64,000 nucleotides of DNA, from IMG/VR virus record IMGVR_UViG_3300027896_005002, positions 62,001-126,000 of that record; one strand, 5' to 3'. The notes beneath the pieces were generated by a model. The model was not told the DNA's origin. It made no database searches and was given only the letters and a program-made list of their open reading frames with translations. Within the stretch, counting starts at the first letter, position 1. Every line of letters starts with the position of its first letter. The position numbers were made by a program, and so were the translations under genes. Below are positions 33,537 to 44,320 of the stretch, one piece after another.

Positions 33537-34148
33537 CTATAAATGATATTCACTTTTTGGATGTTGTCCTAAATAATCTTCTTGTCTTTGATGACTCATA
33601 GCTTCCCACCATTCATCAGTAATGCCTAATTGTCGAACTGCATGTCCTTTTGAAACTTGTGCCAACATTCCAGATAATCCACTATCATCAACTTTAAATC
33701 CTGCATGTTCAAATATTGGCTTAAAATCATATCCTTTAAATTTCCATCTACGTCTCTCTACTAATTGTTTTAATATCTCATACATCGAAAATTTCTTATC
33801 ACTATCTCCAATAACATCCAAAACATCATTAATAAACATCTTTTCAAATTTTGGATGTTTAAATTTAATTTCTTTAATTTCTTGTTTAGCAGTAGTATCA
33901 TCATAATCACTAACATATGTTAAAGAGCTTTTTATAAACTTTTTCTTACCGAATGTCAATGATTTTTTATGTTTTTTCTCAGGAAACCAAACTTCAACTG
34001 GACTTGTAGGCGGTAAATAATCAAAAGAAGTTTTAGGCATTTCAATATAGCCTTTTTCACCATTTTGAAGTGTTACAACACCTCGAAAATTTAACGATCT
34101 GCCTGCAATTTTTAAATATTCAGCTTGAATTCTAGCTAAATGTTTCAT
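33537..34148 (-). CDS. MKHL-tag family protein with the W..Q..YL..HPKS module at its C-terminus
   Basis: MKHLARIQAEYLKIA; ends EWWEAMSHQRQEDYLGQHPKSEYHL. Confidence 0.68.
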   Translation of the reverse strand: MKHLARIQAEYLKIAGRSLNFRGVVTLQNGEKGYIEMPKTSFDYLPPTSPVEVWFPEKKHKKSLTFGKKKFIKSSLTYVSDYDDTTAKQEIKEIKFKHPKFEKMFINDVLDVIGDSDKKFSMYEILKQLVERRRWKFKGYDFKPIFEHAGFKVDDSGLSGMLAQVSKGHAVRQLGITDEWWEAMSHQRQEDYLGQHPKSEYHL

Positions 34149-34225
34149 ATCAATCCTTTTGTAATTTATCCATAGGATATTCTTGATATATCACATTAAC
34201 CTTCTTTTCCATCTTTCAATTTTGA

Positions 34226-34900
34226 TTACCAAAATGTAACGTAACCACTATCAGTCCAAATATCAAAACTTGAATCATCTGGTTTTTGTAAGTCTTTTAT
34301 ATTAACTTTTTGTTTTTCACCATCTTTATTCAAAACTGTAGCTTCATCACCCGCGACATTAATAATTTTAACATGTTTATCTCCTAATTTAGCAATTTGG
34401 TTTGATTTTACACCATTTTTTGGATCATATATAGTTATTTTATCACTTAAAAGCTCTGCTTTATAACCTGAATGTTTCTTTTTTTGAACAGATTTTGGTT
34501 GTTCACCTTTTGAAAACAAATCTATCTCATCTTCATTCGGTTTTACAAAATCTTCATGTATAGCATCAACATCTTGTTTACCATTAGTTACAACATATGT
34601 ATCTTTTAACACGCTTTTAATTGTGCCGATAAAATTCAAATCTCCAACCTTTACTAATTGACCTTCCTTAGGCAAATCATTACTAACTTCTGGATCATAA
34701 ACATCATATTTCTTATTTAATTGATGTCGTTTATCTTCTAATTTATTCTTTAATTCATCCTTTGGCTTTGCTGTTATCTTTCTTTTACTTTTTGGATGTC
34801 GCCTTAAATAATCTCTCTGTTGCTCAATACTCAAATTATTCCATTCATTCTCTACTGCTATCTTCAAAAACTCTGATTGTACTACTGCTAAATGTTTCAT
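34226..34900 (-). CDS. MKHL-tag family protein
   Basis: MKHLAVVQSEFLKIA-VENEWNNL..HPKSK; SH3-like segments. Confidence 0.68.
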   Translation of the reverse strand: MKHLAVVQSEFLKIAVENEWNNLSIEQQRDYLRRHPKSKRKITAKPKDELKNKLEDKRHQLNKKYDVYDPEVSNDLPKEGQLVKVGDLNFIGTIKSVLKDTYVVTNGKQDVDAIHEDFVKPNEDEIDLFSKGEQPKSVQKKKHSGYKAELLSDKITIYDPKNGVKSNQIAKLGDKHVKIINVAGDEATVLNKDGEKQKVNIKDLQKPDDSSFDIWTDSGYVTFW

Positions 34901-34901
34901 A

Positions 34902-36104
34902 TTAAGCATTTACCTCTTGCTTATGTAATACATCATCTCTTATTTTTTGTATAATTTCAACTATATTTAATTTTTGTGGACTTTGTAATTCATTTATTAG
35001 TTTCCTTATTTCATCATTTTTAAAACCAATATCATCAAAATCATCAAGTATGTCTTGCTTTATTTTTTCAGCCTGCATTCCACTTTCTTCATTTTTAAGA
35101 CTATATAAATCATGTGATATATCATCAATCTTTTCTCTGTTAATTTCATTATACACCTCAGAAAATCTGTCCTTTATTTTTTTCATACTATTAAGAAATT
35201 CTTTAGATTCTCCTCTACGATCTTTCATACTTCTCAAAGGATCACTTCTGTAAGATTGATATTTTATCTCATAAGGCAGATCATATCGAATTGACTGTAT
35301 TTTACTAACATTGTCTTTAATACTTTGCATTGCCTTACTCATGTTTTCAGTAGCAAATCTATCTGCCATTACATCTTCCATTGATGGGACTGAAGCATTT
35401 CTTAACGTTTCAAGCGCATCTTCAATTTTTGCTTTATAAAAATCATACACTGGCTTTATAGTTTCGTTTAGCATTTTCTTTTTTGCAAGATCCTCAGCAA
35501 CACCAGACTGACTCTCTGATCTTTGTTGTTTCAACTTTGATCGCTCTTCATCATGCTTGACCATTAAAACATCACCAACTGATAAAAAGTTAATTTTGTC
35601 CAATAATGGTCTTAATCTAAAATCATATTTTCTTGAATCATATGAATGTCCACGTCTCCATTTTCTTTCTGTCTCAAAAATATCACCACTACTATCATCA
35701 CGTTTATCAACTGATGACTTTAAAATAGAAGGATCTATAATACTTAAACGATATTTTCCTGGCGTAAAACCGTCTTGTCTTATCATAAAAGCGACTTTAC
35801 CACCTGATTTGCCAATAACAGCTATAGCATTGTCATCAAAAGCTTGTCTAATCGTTTTTTCAGCAACCCCTATACTTTCAACCGGAGAATTAGCTCCTAA
35901 TCCATTATACATTATTGTCTCTTTCCATCTCTTCGGCAACTGACCTAACAATCTTTGAGCTGAAGTTGCAGGTCCTGGACGTAGCTTAGTTTTGCGATGC
36001 TGCTGTAAATATAATTTCTGTTGATCGGGTTTTAATTTTTTCCACCAATCAGACTCAATAGCTATTTTACTAAATTCACTAAAAATGGTCGATAAATGTT
36101 TCAT
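34902..36104 (-). CDS. MKHL-tag family protein, coiled-coil C-terminus
   Basis: MKHLSTIFSEFSKIA-IESDWWKKLKPDQQKLYLQQHRKTK. Confidence 0.68.
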   Translation of the reverse strand: MKHLSTIFSEFSKIAIESDWWKKLKPDQQKLYLQQHRKTKLRPGPATSAQRLLGQLPKRWKETIMYNGLGANSPVESIGVAEKTIRQAFDDNAIAVIGKSGGKVAFMIRQDGFTPGKYRLSIIDPSILKSSVDKRDDSSGDIFETERKWRRGHSYDSRKYDFRLRPLLDKINFLSVGDVLMVKHDEERSKLKQQRSESQSGVAEDLAKKKMLNETIKPVYDFYKAKIEDALETLRNASVPSMEDVMADRFATENMSKAMQSIKDNVSKIQSIRYDLPYEIKYQSYRSDPLRSMKDRRGESKEFLNSMKKIKDRFSEVYNEINREKIDDISHDLYSLKNEESGMQAEKIKQDILDDFDDIGFKNDEIRKLINELQSPQKLNIVEIIQKIRDDVLHKQEVNA

Positions 36105-36307
36105 AAAGTCTCCTTTTGGCTAAATAATACTTTTTTTATAAATGGAAAATCATTGTAAGAATCGCAAGTAAATAAACCCTTATTAATAACATAAAAAAAA
36201 TCATGCTCAAAAAACTGTTGCGATTTTTATTCTACAGTTTTTTTGCAATATCTATTATTGGAATAATTTTAGAATTAACAATTTAACTCTACTAAAACTA
36301 ACTAATA

Positions 36308-37963
36308 ATGCGATCACGAGATGAAATTTCTCCCGCAAGAGGTGGAGAATCATCAGCTTTAGCAATCGATAGAAGTAGTAAACTTTGGCATCTATTTTCA
36401 TTCATAAATCATTCCTACAATAATAATTTAACAGAATTATTAACTAGTGTCAATAGTTTTTTAGTGTTTGACTTTCTGCTAAAATATACAAAAAATAAAA
36501 ATCTAAAATTTGCAATCAATACTATTAAATGGGGAATACCAGCTTTTTTACATGGTTCAAAATTCTATTTATCGTTTAGAAGTTATTTAAGAGAAGTTCA
36601 AGACGAAAAATCTCCAACATTTCAAAAACATATCGCAAAAATTTGTAAAGTATTAGAAGTTAAAGAATCTAGTCCATATTACTTAAATCTAAATCATATT
36701 GATTGTATCCTCGCACCAGAAATAATTCTGTGGTTATTAAACAAGCCTAACACCAAAAATATTAAAATATTATCTTTACACAATTTTGAAAACACATCTG
36801 AAATTGATAGTATTAATCTATCTGGTAATGGTCAATTTGATATCGGCATTCTCTTCAAATATAATGATATTAAATATGTTTTAGATCTAACATTACTTGT
36901 AAGAGATTCTTTTTCTTTTGTTAAAGGTGCAATATTTCAAACAGCATCCATAACAAATGATAATTTTTCATTAAAGTTAAGAGAAGCGTTTCTATATGAA
37001 TTTGTTAGTACATTAAACATTGAAAAAAATATTTTATATTTTGATCATCTTGAATCAATTAAAAGTGAACAAAGAATAAAAGTTGATGAAGTCATAAATC
37101 AATTTGATGTACCAGAATTCGCAAAAGAACTTAAACAAATTCTAAATTGTGGTCGAAAAAGAGCCTATGCATTTGTTAGTAGACCTGGCACTGGTAAATC
37201 TACTATTATACGAAAATTAGAAGAAATAATGACAGATTACGTATTTTTTAAATTAACACCAAATGATCTTAGTACAGCAGCAACAATTAAAGATAGATTT
37301 AATATCATTAAAAATATAAATAAAAGTATTGTTGTTATTGAAGACTTAGACTCTTGCGACTTACATGAAAAAAATTCAAAAGCTGGTGTTTTCTTAGATG
37401 AAATAGATGATGTCAACAATGATCTTAACATCATCATCATTGTCACTATAAATGACACAAGTCGAGTACATTTCTCTATTATTAATCGTCCAGGTAGATT
37501 TGATCGAGTAATAGAAATAAAACCACCATTTACAATTGAAGAAATATTACAAGTAATGATATCTAAAGCTAATAAATTAAAACAAAAATATTGTCCCAAA
37601 TCAACATTTTCAATACCCAAATTAACTGATATTAAAGAACTATTAGAAGAATGTTTAAAATACGAATTCACACAAGCTGAAATAACAAATGCTGTAGTTG
37701 AACAAATCTTTATTTATATCTCAATGGGTGTATTAGACAAAAAACTTAATTGGAATAAAATTACTAAAAAACAATTTAATGATTTTTTCAAACAAGCAAT
37801 TGAATCTCATAAGAAAACATTACAAGCTATTAAAAATTGTAATTTCAATAATGCACAACCAAAACCATCATATGATGATAATGATAAACAATGTCAAAGT
37901 TCACCAGCTAGTTTAGTTTATCCTTGGCATGATGTAAATGTTCCCACTGGCAGTACAAGATGA
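36308..37963 (+). CDS. AAA+ ATPase
   Basis: Walker A PGTGKST, Walker B VIEDLD, SRH NRPGRFDRVIEI. Confidence 0.9.
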   Translation: MRSRDEISPARGGESSALAIDRSSKLWHLFSFINHSYNNNLTELLTSVNSFLVFDFLLKYTKNKNLKFAINTIKWGIPAFLHGSKFYLSFRSYLREVQDEKSPTFQKHIAKICKVLEVKESSPYYLNLNHIDCILAPEIILWLLNKPNTKNIKILSLHNFENTSEIDSINLSGNGQFDIGILFKYNDIKYVLDLTLLVRDSFSFVKGAIFQTASITNDNFSLKLREAFLYEFVSTLNIEKNILYFDHLESIKSEQRIKVDEVINQFDVPEFAKELKQILNCGRKRAYAFVSRPGTGKSTIIRKLEEIMTDYVFFKLTPNDLSTAATIKDRFNIIKNINKSIVVIEDLDSCDLHEKNSKAGVFLDEIDDVNNDLNIIIIVTINDTSRVHFSIINRPGRFDRVIEIKPPFTIEEILQVMISKANKLKQKYCPKSTFSIPKLTDIKELLEECLKYEFTQAEITNAVVEQIFIYISMGVLDKKLNWNKITKKQFNDFFKQAIESHKKTLQAIKNCNFNNAQPKPSYDDNDKQCQSSPASLVYPWHDVNVPTGSTR

Positions 37964-38277
37964 CAGTTTACATTGATAAATTATTTTATTTTCCACCTAA
38001 AGACAAACACACAGAACAAGTCGGCAAAAGATGGAATAATCAATGGTGTCATCTTTGGGCTGATGACATTGATGAATTAATAAATTTTGCAACATCAATT
38101 GGCCTTAAAAAAGAATGGTTACAAAAAGCAAAAACATTAACACATTTTGATTTAACTCCGTCACGTAGAATTAAAGCAATAGCCAAAGGCGCTGTCGAGA
38201 TGAATCTTAGAGATTGGTTCAAAAAAGAAAAATGTAAACTTTTTAACAACAATAGTAAAAAATCTATTAATTATTAA
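37960..38277 (+). CDS. DUF4031-like protein
   Basis: MTVYID..WCHLWAD..EL..FA..IGL...W.Q..HFDLT..R..A...GA. Confidence 0.8.
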   Translation: MTVYIDKLFYFPPKDKHTEQVGKRWNNQWCHLWADDIDELINFATSIGLKKEWLQKAKTLTHFDLTPSRRIKAIAKGAVEMNLRDWFKKEKCKLFNNNSKKSINY

Positions 38278-38563
38278 TGATAACCAAATTAATAATTGTT
38301 TTATTGTTCTTTTAAACAAGGTAGGAATTACCTGAAGAGCTCCTGGAGATGTTCTGCTAGAGAGAAATCGATGAAAGGAGAAGTTACATCCTGTAACATT
38401 TCATGTCTATACTTGATTTACTTTTTTCACCAGAAAGGAGAAAATATTTAGAAAGATTAAGATTGACAATCGACTGAATTAAAGGTCTAAAAAAATCGTT
38501 ATACCAAGTAAGAACGGTATAACACAACCGAACCGAAATAAAAGGTTCACAAAGGAGAATCAA

Positions 38564-39472
38564 ATGTCTACATTAGAAACCCGCATTAAAGAAGCTGCAG
38601 TCGTCTTAAACTCATATTTCAAAGATTCTAAAAAATCAGCTGAAGAAACTATCGCATTAGTATTAAATTACATGGGAATTACTAATGATGATTTTGGTTT
38701 AAAAATTTTAGAAGCGTCATCAACTGTTTTTGACGACTTTCAAAAATCAGATTGGACTGGCGTTGTAGCTATTCCTATACCTCGACTCAAAATTGCCTGG
38801 TCTATTTTAAAGGGTCAAGATCCTTTCAAAATGCCCGAGCAAAACACTGAAACATTTTCTAGTAATTCAGATATAACAGCAGTTGTTAAACAATTAAAGC
38901 CTATTGGTCAATGGTCAGACGCTGAACTTGTTGAACAATATGGTAAAAATTGTCCGATGCAAGTTGAAGATGAATTATCAAAAAGATCAAAAGATCGTCC
39001 ATGTATGATTTTCAACGAAGATAATGCCTCTATAAATAAAGAAATCTCCCTAATATTACTCAGAGAAGCGAGACATTGTCCTACGCCAAGTACTTACTTG
39101 GTAGATAAAAAACTATACCAAGTATACAAAATTGGTGAATTCCCAATGAATGTCATGTATGAATGTCCCATCCATTCAAATGTTCTTCTTGTAAATGGAT
39201 ATTGTGAGGATTGTGGACAAAAGTGGTCAACAGATGATAGTGAATTACACAAAAATGTGTTTTTACGGATGATATCTGAAACCACAAGGATTGAGCCTAT
39301 TACTCTCAAAATGTACATGCAACAATCATTTGAGGATTTAATTGGAATGTTTCCGAAGATCTTATTGAAATTCAATGCACTTAAGGAAGAAGGCAAATTG
39401 CCTACATTAAAACGCAGAATTTCAAAAGCTCGCGAAGGTGATCCTTTCAGAGTAGTTCACAAAGAATATTAA
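38564..39472 (+). CDS. hypothetical protein with Zn-ribbon
   Basis: SD AAGGAG; CPIH..CEDCG. Confidence 0.65.
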   Translation: MSTLETRIKEAAVVLNSYFKDSKKSAEETIALVLNYMGITNDDFGLKILEASSTVFDDFQKSDWTGVVAIPIPRLKIAWSILKGQDPFKMPEQNTETFSSNSDITAVVKQLKPIGQWSDAELVEQYGKNCPMQVEDELSKRSKDRPCMIFNEDNASINKEISLILLREARHCPTPSTYLVDKKLYQVYKIGEFPMNVMYECPIHSNVLLVNGYCEDCGQKWSTDDSELHKNVFLRMISETTRIEPITLKMYMQQSFEDLIGMFPKILLKFNALKEEGKLPTLKRRISKAREGDPFRVVHKEY

Positions 39473-39481
39473 TTTTTAAAT

Positions 39482-39506
39482 AGGGGAGATGAAAGTCTCC
39501 CCTTTC
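39482..39506 (+). terminator. terminator-like hairpin
   Basis: AGGGGAGA-TGAAAG-TCTCCCCT-TT. Confidence 0.6.
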
Positions 39507-39521
39507 ATTTAGGGAGGAAAT

Positions 39522-40829
39522 ATGATTAGTTCGCGCGACATTTTAGGATTTTCTGTTGCTCAGAATATGGGAAGAGTGATGGAAATAAATGGATATTATG
39601 CATCCATAATGAGAGCAGAAAAAAAAGAAAAAGATCATGATGGTTTGCCATTGGGTATGCCTATTCCTGTTATGGCTGTAGATTATTTAAAAAATAAACC
39701 AAATTTCTGGGTCGGTGGTCCAGGATCTTATGTTTGCCCAGTAGAATCTGATTGGGCACTATGGTTCAACTGGACTATGAATAACAGAAATATATCTATT
39801 TTGACATCAGTAAAAGGCATGAATCCAATCACGGGCGCAAGAATCAATGATCAAAAACTTGAACAATATAAAAACAAATGTCCCATTCATGATATTGAAT
39901 TCAAACATGGTAAATTTTGCACAGAATGTAATTTCAAATGGCCTGATCAAAACTACATAACTGATCCTGATCCTTTTTATCTTGATGGATTCAGAACTGC
40001 TGATGGCTCGGTCAGACAATTTTATTTTACAGAAGATATGGCCAAGTCAATACCAGAATTAGTTATAGGAAAAGAAGATACTGTTCCGGCATTTGGATTT
40101 TGTTTCTATACTCTTAAGAATACACCAAAGATTGAATATGAGAATGGAAATAGAATCAAAAATGTTTTTCCAAAAAATATGATTAGCAGTCGAGGATCAT
40201 TAAGAATGGATAGTTTTAGTCTTCCTCCTGCAAGAAGTGATGTTTTATATCGAAAAAGTTATGACACCGGAGTTCGTGGTTTTTCAGGACCATCAGGAAC
40301 AAAAGGATTAAGTGGTTCATTTGGATCTCTTAAATCATATAGATCAAAAGGCATCGGTGGTGCTAGAGGAATGAGTATAGGTGACTTTTCAGAATGTTCA
40401 GAATCAGATGTTTCCAAATCTGCTACTAAATCTGCCTCTATTAATTTTTTTAACGCAGATCTAAGTTCAGATACTACAGACACATTACTTTGTGACACGG
40501 GATCCAGTGTTCCATTTGATTCTGAAGCTCCAGTGGCTTGCGCTGCTTGTGCAGCAGAACCAATTACTATTGGAGCAAAAGTTGAGGAAAAAGTTCGTAG
40601 AATTCGAACTTCAAATGATGTTGGCATCGGTGCTGGCAATAAAATTCGTCAGACATTTACACAAGATAAACGACATATTGATGAATGGAGTGACAAACCA
40701 TCAGGAATTGTTCGTATTTATTTTGTATTTAGAGAAGAATTTGAAAGATATGTACAAGATGGATTAAATAATTTAACAGGCAGTCGTGAAGGATATATGA
40801 GTGAATTACCAGTAGGAGGCAAAAAATGA
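39522..40829 (+). CDS. hypothetical protein
   Basis: 435-aa ORF, CPIH..CTEC Zn motif, Gly/Ser-rich linker. Confidence 0.7.
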   Translation: MISSRDILGFSVAQNMGRVMEINGYYASIMRAEKKEKDHDGLPLGMPIPVMAVDYLKNKPNFWVGGPGSYVCPVESDWALWFNWTMNNRNISILTSVKGMNPITGARINDQKLEQYKNKCPIHDIEFKHGKFCTECNFKWPDQNYITDPDPFYLDGFRTADGSVRQFYFTEDMAKSIPELVIGKEDTVPAFGFCFYTLKNTPKIEYENGNRIKNVFPKNMISSRGSLRMDSFSLPPARSDVLYRKSYDTGVRGFSGPSGTKGLSGSFGSLKSYRSKGIGGARGMSIGDFSECSESDVSKSATKSASINFFNADLSSDTTDTLLCDTGSSVPFDSEAPVACAACAAEPITIGAKVEEKVRRIRTSNDVGIGAGNKIRQTFTQDKRHIDEWSDKPSGIVRIYFVFREEFERYVQDGLNNLTGSREGYMSELPVGGKK

Positions 40830-41542
40830 ATAAAGTAGATCTTTTATTTGTATTAGATATTACAGGATCCATGGGCAGTCTTATTTATCAAGCTCAGAAA
40901 AAAATGAAGTCTATTCTTGAATCATTGACTAAAGATTTTCAAATGGATTTAAAAGTCGGACTTAGCTTATATCGAGATCATCCATCACAAGGCGATGAAT
41001 TTGTGACAGTAACATTTAATTTGATGGATGTTAAAGATATTCAAGAGAAAATTGATCAAATAAATGTCGGTGGCGGCGGTGATGATGCAGAAGCTGTTTT
41101 AGATGGAATAATTGATGGAGTCAATGATATGTCATGGAGAGATGGCAGTCGCAGAATAGCTTTTTTAATAGGTGACGCACCTGCTCATGGCCTAATTGAT
41201 GGCGAAGTATGTTGCACATGCGGTCAAACTTGGGGAAAGGCAGTAACTATAACTCAAGAAAAGAAAGTAGCAATATATGCTATTGTTTTAGGCCGTTCAG
41301 AAGAAGCTAAGAAATCATTTAAAGTTTTAGCAAATTTCACTGGTGGTTTATTAATAGAATCCGATAATGCTATGGAAGCTATTATGGAGACTTTAAAGAC
41401 AGAGTTTGACAATATGAATTTAGATTCTAAAATTCTAGAGTTATTGTCGAAAAATATTGATCATAAAGAAATTTGCAAAATGTTAAATATTGATCGTGAT
41501 GAATTATCATCTTCAAAATCTAGAATAGCACAATATGCTTAA
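40826..41542 (+). CDS. von Willebrand factor A domain protein with C-terminal HTH
   Basis: MIDAS DITGS, YRDH, GGGDDAE, IGDAPAHG. Confidence 0.88.
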   Translation: MNKVDLLFVLDITGSMGSLIYQAQKKMKSILESLTKDFQMDLKVGLSLYRDHPSQGDEFVTVTFNLMDVKDIQEKIDQINVGGGGDDAEAVLDGIIDGVNDMSWRDGSRRIAFLIGDAPAHGLIDGEVCCTCGQTWGKAVTITQEKKVAIYAIVLGRSEEAKKSFKVLANFTGGLLIESDNAMEAIMETLKTEFDNMNLDSKILELLSKNIDHKEICKMLNIDRDELSSSKSRIAQYA

Positions 41543-41996
41543 TTGGGGCAAAATGGGTAGGATATCAACTGTCCTACCCCCTATTAATTCATTTAGAAAT
41601 GAATATAGATTTCTCTCAAATTTCTATTTGCATACAATTGTGTATGAAGACATCACTTATCCTTCTTCGGAACATGCATATCAAGCTGCAAAAACACTTG
41701 ATATAAAAATACGACAGCAAATAGCAACAATGAAAGTTGGTGAATCCAAAAAATTTGGTCAATCAATTAAATTACGATCAAATTGGGATAAGATTAAAAT
41801 CAATATTATGCATGATTTATTAGAACTCAAATTTGCTGACAAAACATTACGTGAACAGCTTTTAGCTACAAAAGATGCTTATTTAGAAGAGGGTAATACT
41901 TGGAACGACCACTTTTGGGGCGTTTGCAATGGTATTGGTAGAAATGAATTAGGCAAAGCATTAATGAGAATTAGATATAAAATAATTTCTTTATGA
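41535..41996 (+). CDS. NADAR (YbiA-like) protein
   Basis: FLSNFY, YPSSEHAYQAAK, KF..L..T..LEEGN.W.D.FWG, N.LGK.LM..R. Confidence 0.9.
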   Translation: MLNWGKMGRISTVLPPINSFRNEYRFLSNFYLHTIVYEDITYPSSEHAYQAAKTLDIKIRQQIATMKVGESKKFGQSIKLRSNWDKIKINIMHDLLELKFADKTLREQLLATKDAYLEEGNTWNDHFWGVCNGIGRNELGKALMRIRYKIISL

Positions 41997-42162
41997 AAAA
42001 AATAATAAGTATTATTGTCCTATTAATAAATTGCACACCATATAAAACAGTTGTCATATCGCCAGATGAATCTATAACACTTATTGTGCCAAAAACAAAA
42101 TTTGAAATTAAAATATTAGTTGTAAATGATACAACTATTGAGGTTAAATTGAAGAAATGAAA

Positions 42163-42912
42163 TTATTTTCCTATATCTCTTTGAATCATAACAATTTTTT
42201 GCCAAATTTTCTGCGAAAATCCTACAGTTAAAGCTTCTAAATCATTAACTGCCTGATTGGCAATTGGATCATCAAAATCCTGTACATAAAGGAAAGCAAT
42301 TTTATTAGTCACAGATAACATTTCCGAACAATAATCCAAATATCTTCCTAACTCATAAGCCGACAATTCTCTTTCAGGTGAACTTTGAGTTGTTTTTTCA
42401 GCCATGCTTTGAGGATCTTTTGTCAGTTGATGCGCATCAATTATATGTGCAATACATTTTAATTTGTTAACAGCAGTTATTACTCTTTTTCTTTTTCGTC
42501 GTATTTCAAATGTGGCAAGAAATATTCCGGCAGCACCTAGAAGAACAATAATATTAAATCCTGCATCAATCATTTGACAATAATCAGCAGCATTCATTCC
42601 TGTTAAAGTTATTTTTAAAGCAATCCAAGATTTTATTAAAAGGCCTATCAAAATGATAATAATAATCCATGCCGAAATTCTTATAAAATAATTTGGTCTT
42701 TTAATCCAAGAAATTGTATGGTCAGATTCTTTAGCAATTAAAATAAGTTTGTCACAAGTTATTGCAAGAGCAGCTTGAGGAAATCGTTCATGAATGCGAT
42801 TATATAAACGACTACAAGTTTTAAACAATTCAGATGACAATAAATACGGCATTATTTTGTCTTCGCTTTTTTTACAGGTTCTATAATATATTTCTGATAC
42901 GCCTCTATCCAA
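42163..42912 (-). CDS. two-TM membrane protein
   Basis: Two hydrophobic helices; HIIDAHQLTKDP..RYLDYCSEML conserved-looking tail. Confidence 0.6.
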   Translation of the reverse strand: MDRGVSEIYYRTCKKSEDKIMPYLLSSELFKTCSRLYNRIHERFPQAALAITCDKLILIAKESDHTISWIKRPNYFIRISAWIIIIILIGLLIKSWIALKITLTGMNAADYCQMIDAGFNIIVLLGAAGIFLATFEIRRKRKRVITAVNKLKCIAHIIDAHQLTKDPQSMAEKTTQSSPERELSAYELGRYLDYCSEMLSVTNKIAFLYVQDFDDPIANQAVNDLEALTVGFSQKIWQKIVMIQRDIGK

Positions 42913-43319
42913 TTATGAGAAATTTCATATTGAGCTTGTTGAAGCGTTAATTTTCCAATGCAAACTAATCGTCGCAATCGATTTTCTAATCGATCTTTTT
43001 TATGAGCATTCCAAGGTTGTGTTTTATATGATTGAGGCCACAAATTTTTTATATTGTTACTGCCACCTAATTCTAAAGAAATTAAATGATCAACTTCATA
43101 ATCACTCGGACTATAATCCAAAATTCCATAACGTTCAAATATTCGCTTTTTTAATGATCTTGACACTTTTCTCATACTTACAGTATAATGTGATTTGCAA
43201 ATATTTTGTAATGCACCTTGAATTGTATCACCAGGAGTTAATATACTATCAGGCAAAATCGGTAAAGTTTGCGCAAATAAAAAACTAATAAAAAATAAAA
43301 TGTTCAAATAAATTTTCAT
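42852..43319 (-). CDS. secreted HNH-like nuclease
   Basis: Signal peptide; YEVDHLISLELGGSN...NLWPQ. Confidence 0.7.
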   Translation of the reverse strand: MKIYLNILFFISFLFAQTLPILPDSILTPGDTIQGALQNICKSHYTVSMRKVSRSLKKRIFERYGILDYSPSDYEVDHLISLELGGSNNIKNLWPQSYKTQPWNAHKKDRLENRLRRLVCIGKLTLQQAQYEISHNWIEAYQKYIIEPVKKAKTK

Positions 43320-44309
43320 TATTTCCATCCACAATTTTCATATCGTGGTTTTATATTCAATCCTTTACAAATAATCTCATCAATGTCGGGATAAACGGTA
43401 CAAATTTTATCACCGTCGTTGTCATATACGAGTCTTGCTTTGTTTATCTCTCTACGCCGTAAATAAAAAATTAATGTGCGAACACATGATATTCCTCGAC
43501 CTTCGTTCTTTGTAGCTTGTAATTTCTCTAACAAATCAGCAAGATACAAATATTTTACAATCCAACTAGATATCATCAAAGAATTTTGAGTCATTTTAGA
43601 TTCTTCTTTTCGAAAATCAGGCGCCAATTTCAAATGAATAAATTCACCATCAATTCTGCAAGTTAAATCTTGTGTAAAAGGACTTCGACTACTTACAATA
43701 ATATCATGCGCTCGAATTTCATGGCCCATTGAATCTTTCATTGTACTTTCTCTTTAAAAGGTGACAGAACTATTCTTTCTGATGTCCACAAAATAGTTCG
43801 ATCATCATGATCATATTTACCAATGATTTTTGAAACAAGTTCACAATCATCATCAGTCATTCTGATTTTCTTATACCAAAAACTGTCTTTAATCACAGAC
43901 ATACGATATTCGTATGCTCGAATTATTGTTGCTATTTCTGAACGCCAACAAGAATCATGGTAGCAGGCCACAAGCCAACCGGTATCACCTTCATTATAAT
44001 CTTTTCCGGGTTTTAAACCTTCACCATTCTCATTAATGTCACTTTCATGAATAATAGTCCAGTCCTCTTTTACAAGAACCGCAACATAATTACCAGGCGC
44101 ATAAAGTCGAATATGCAAATTTCTATAACCATCCTCGCCATGATCATAATAGGACTAATTGCAATGACTATCTCCATTGCATATTTTTCTTTTATTACAC
44201 CTGATTTTTGGACTTGACCTTTTCCCACATTTTGTTCAAATTCACTACTTATGATATTTTCAAGAACTGATGAAATCATTTTTCTCCTCCCATAGTTATA
44301 ATCAGTCAA
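43319..44309 (-). CDS. three hypothetical proteins (43319-43741, 43738-44118, 44070-44309)
   Basis: Overlapping start/stop chain. Confidence 0.5.
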
Positions 44310-44320
44310 AATGTGGTAGA

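Noticed and set aside
19251-34200. Recurring TTAATG(T)GA/TTAATGACA upstream of several minus-strand genes (about 19255, 20695, 23005, 34195) as a phage promoter
   Set aside because: Too short and AT-rich to separate from chance without a motif-enrichment calculation.
36209-36243. 10-bp inverted repeat AAAAAACTGT/ACAGTTTTTT in the divergent promoter region
   Set aside because: Mostly A/T run; it could be an operator, but the evidence is insufficient.
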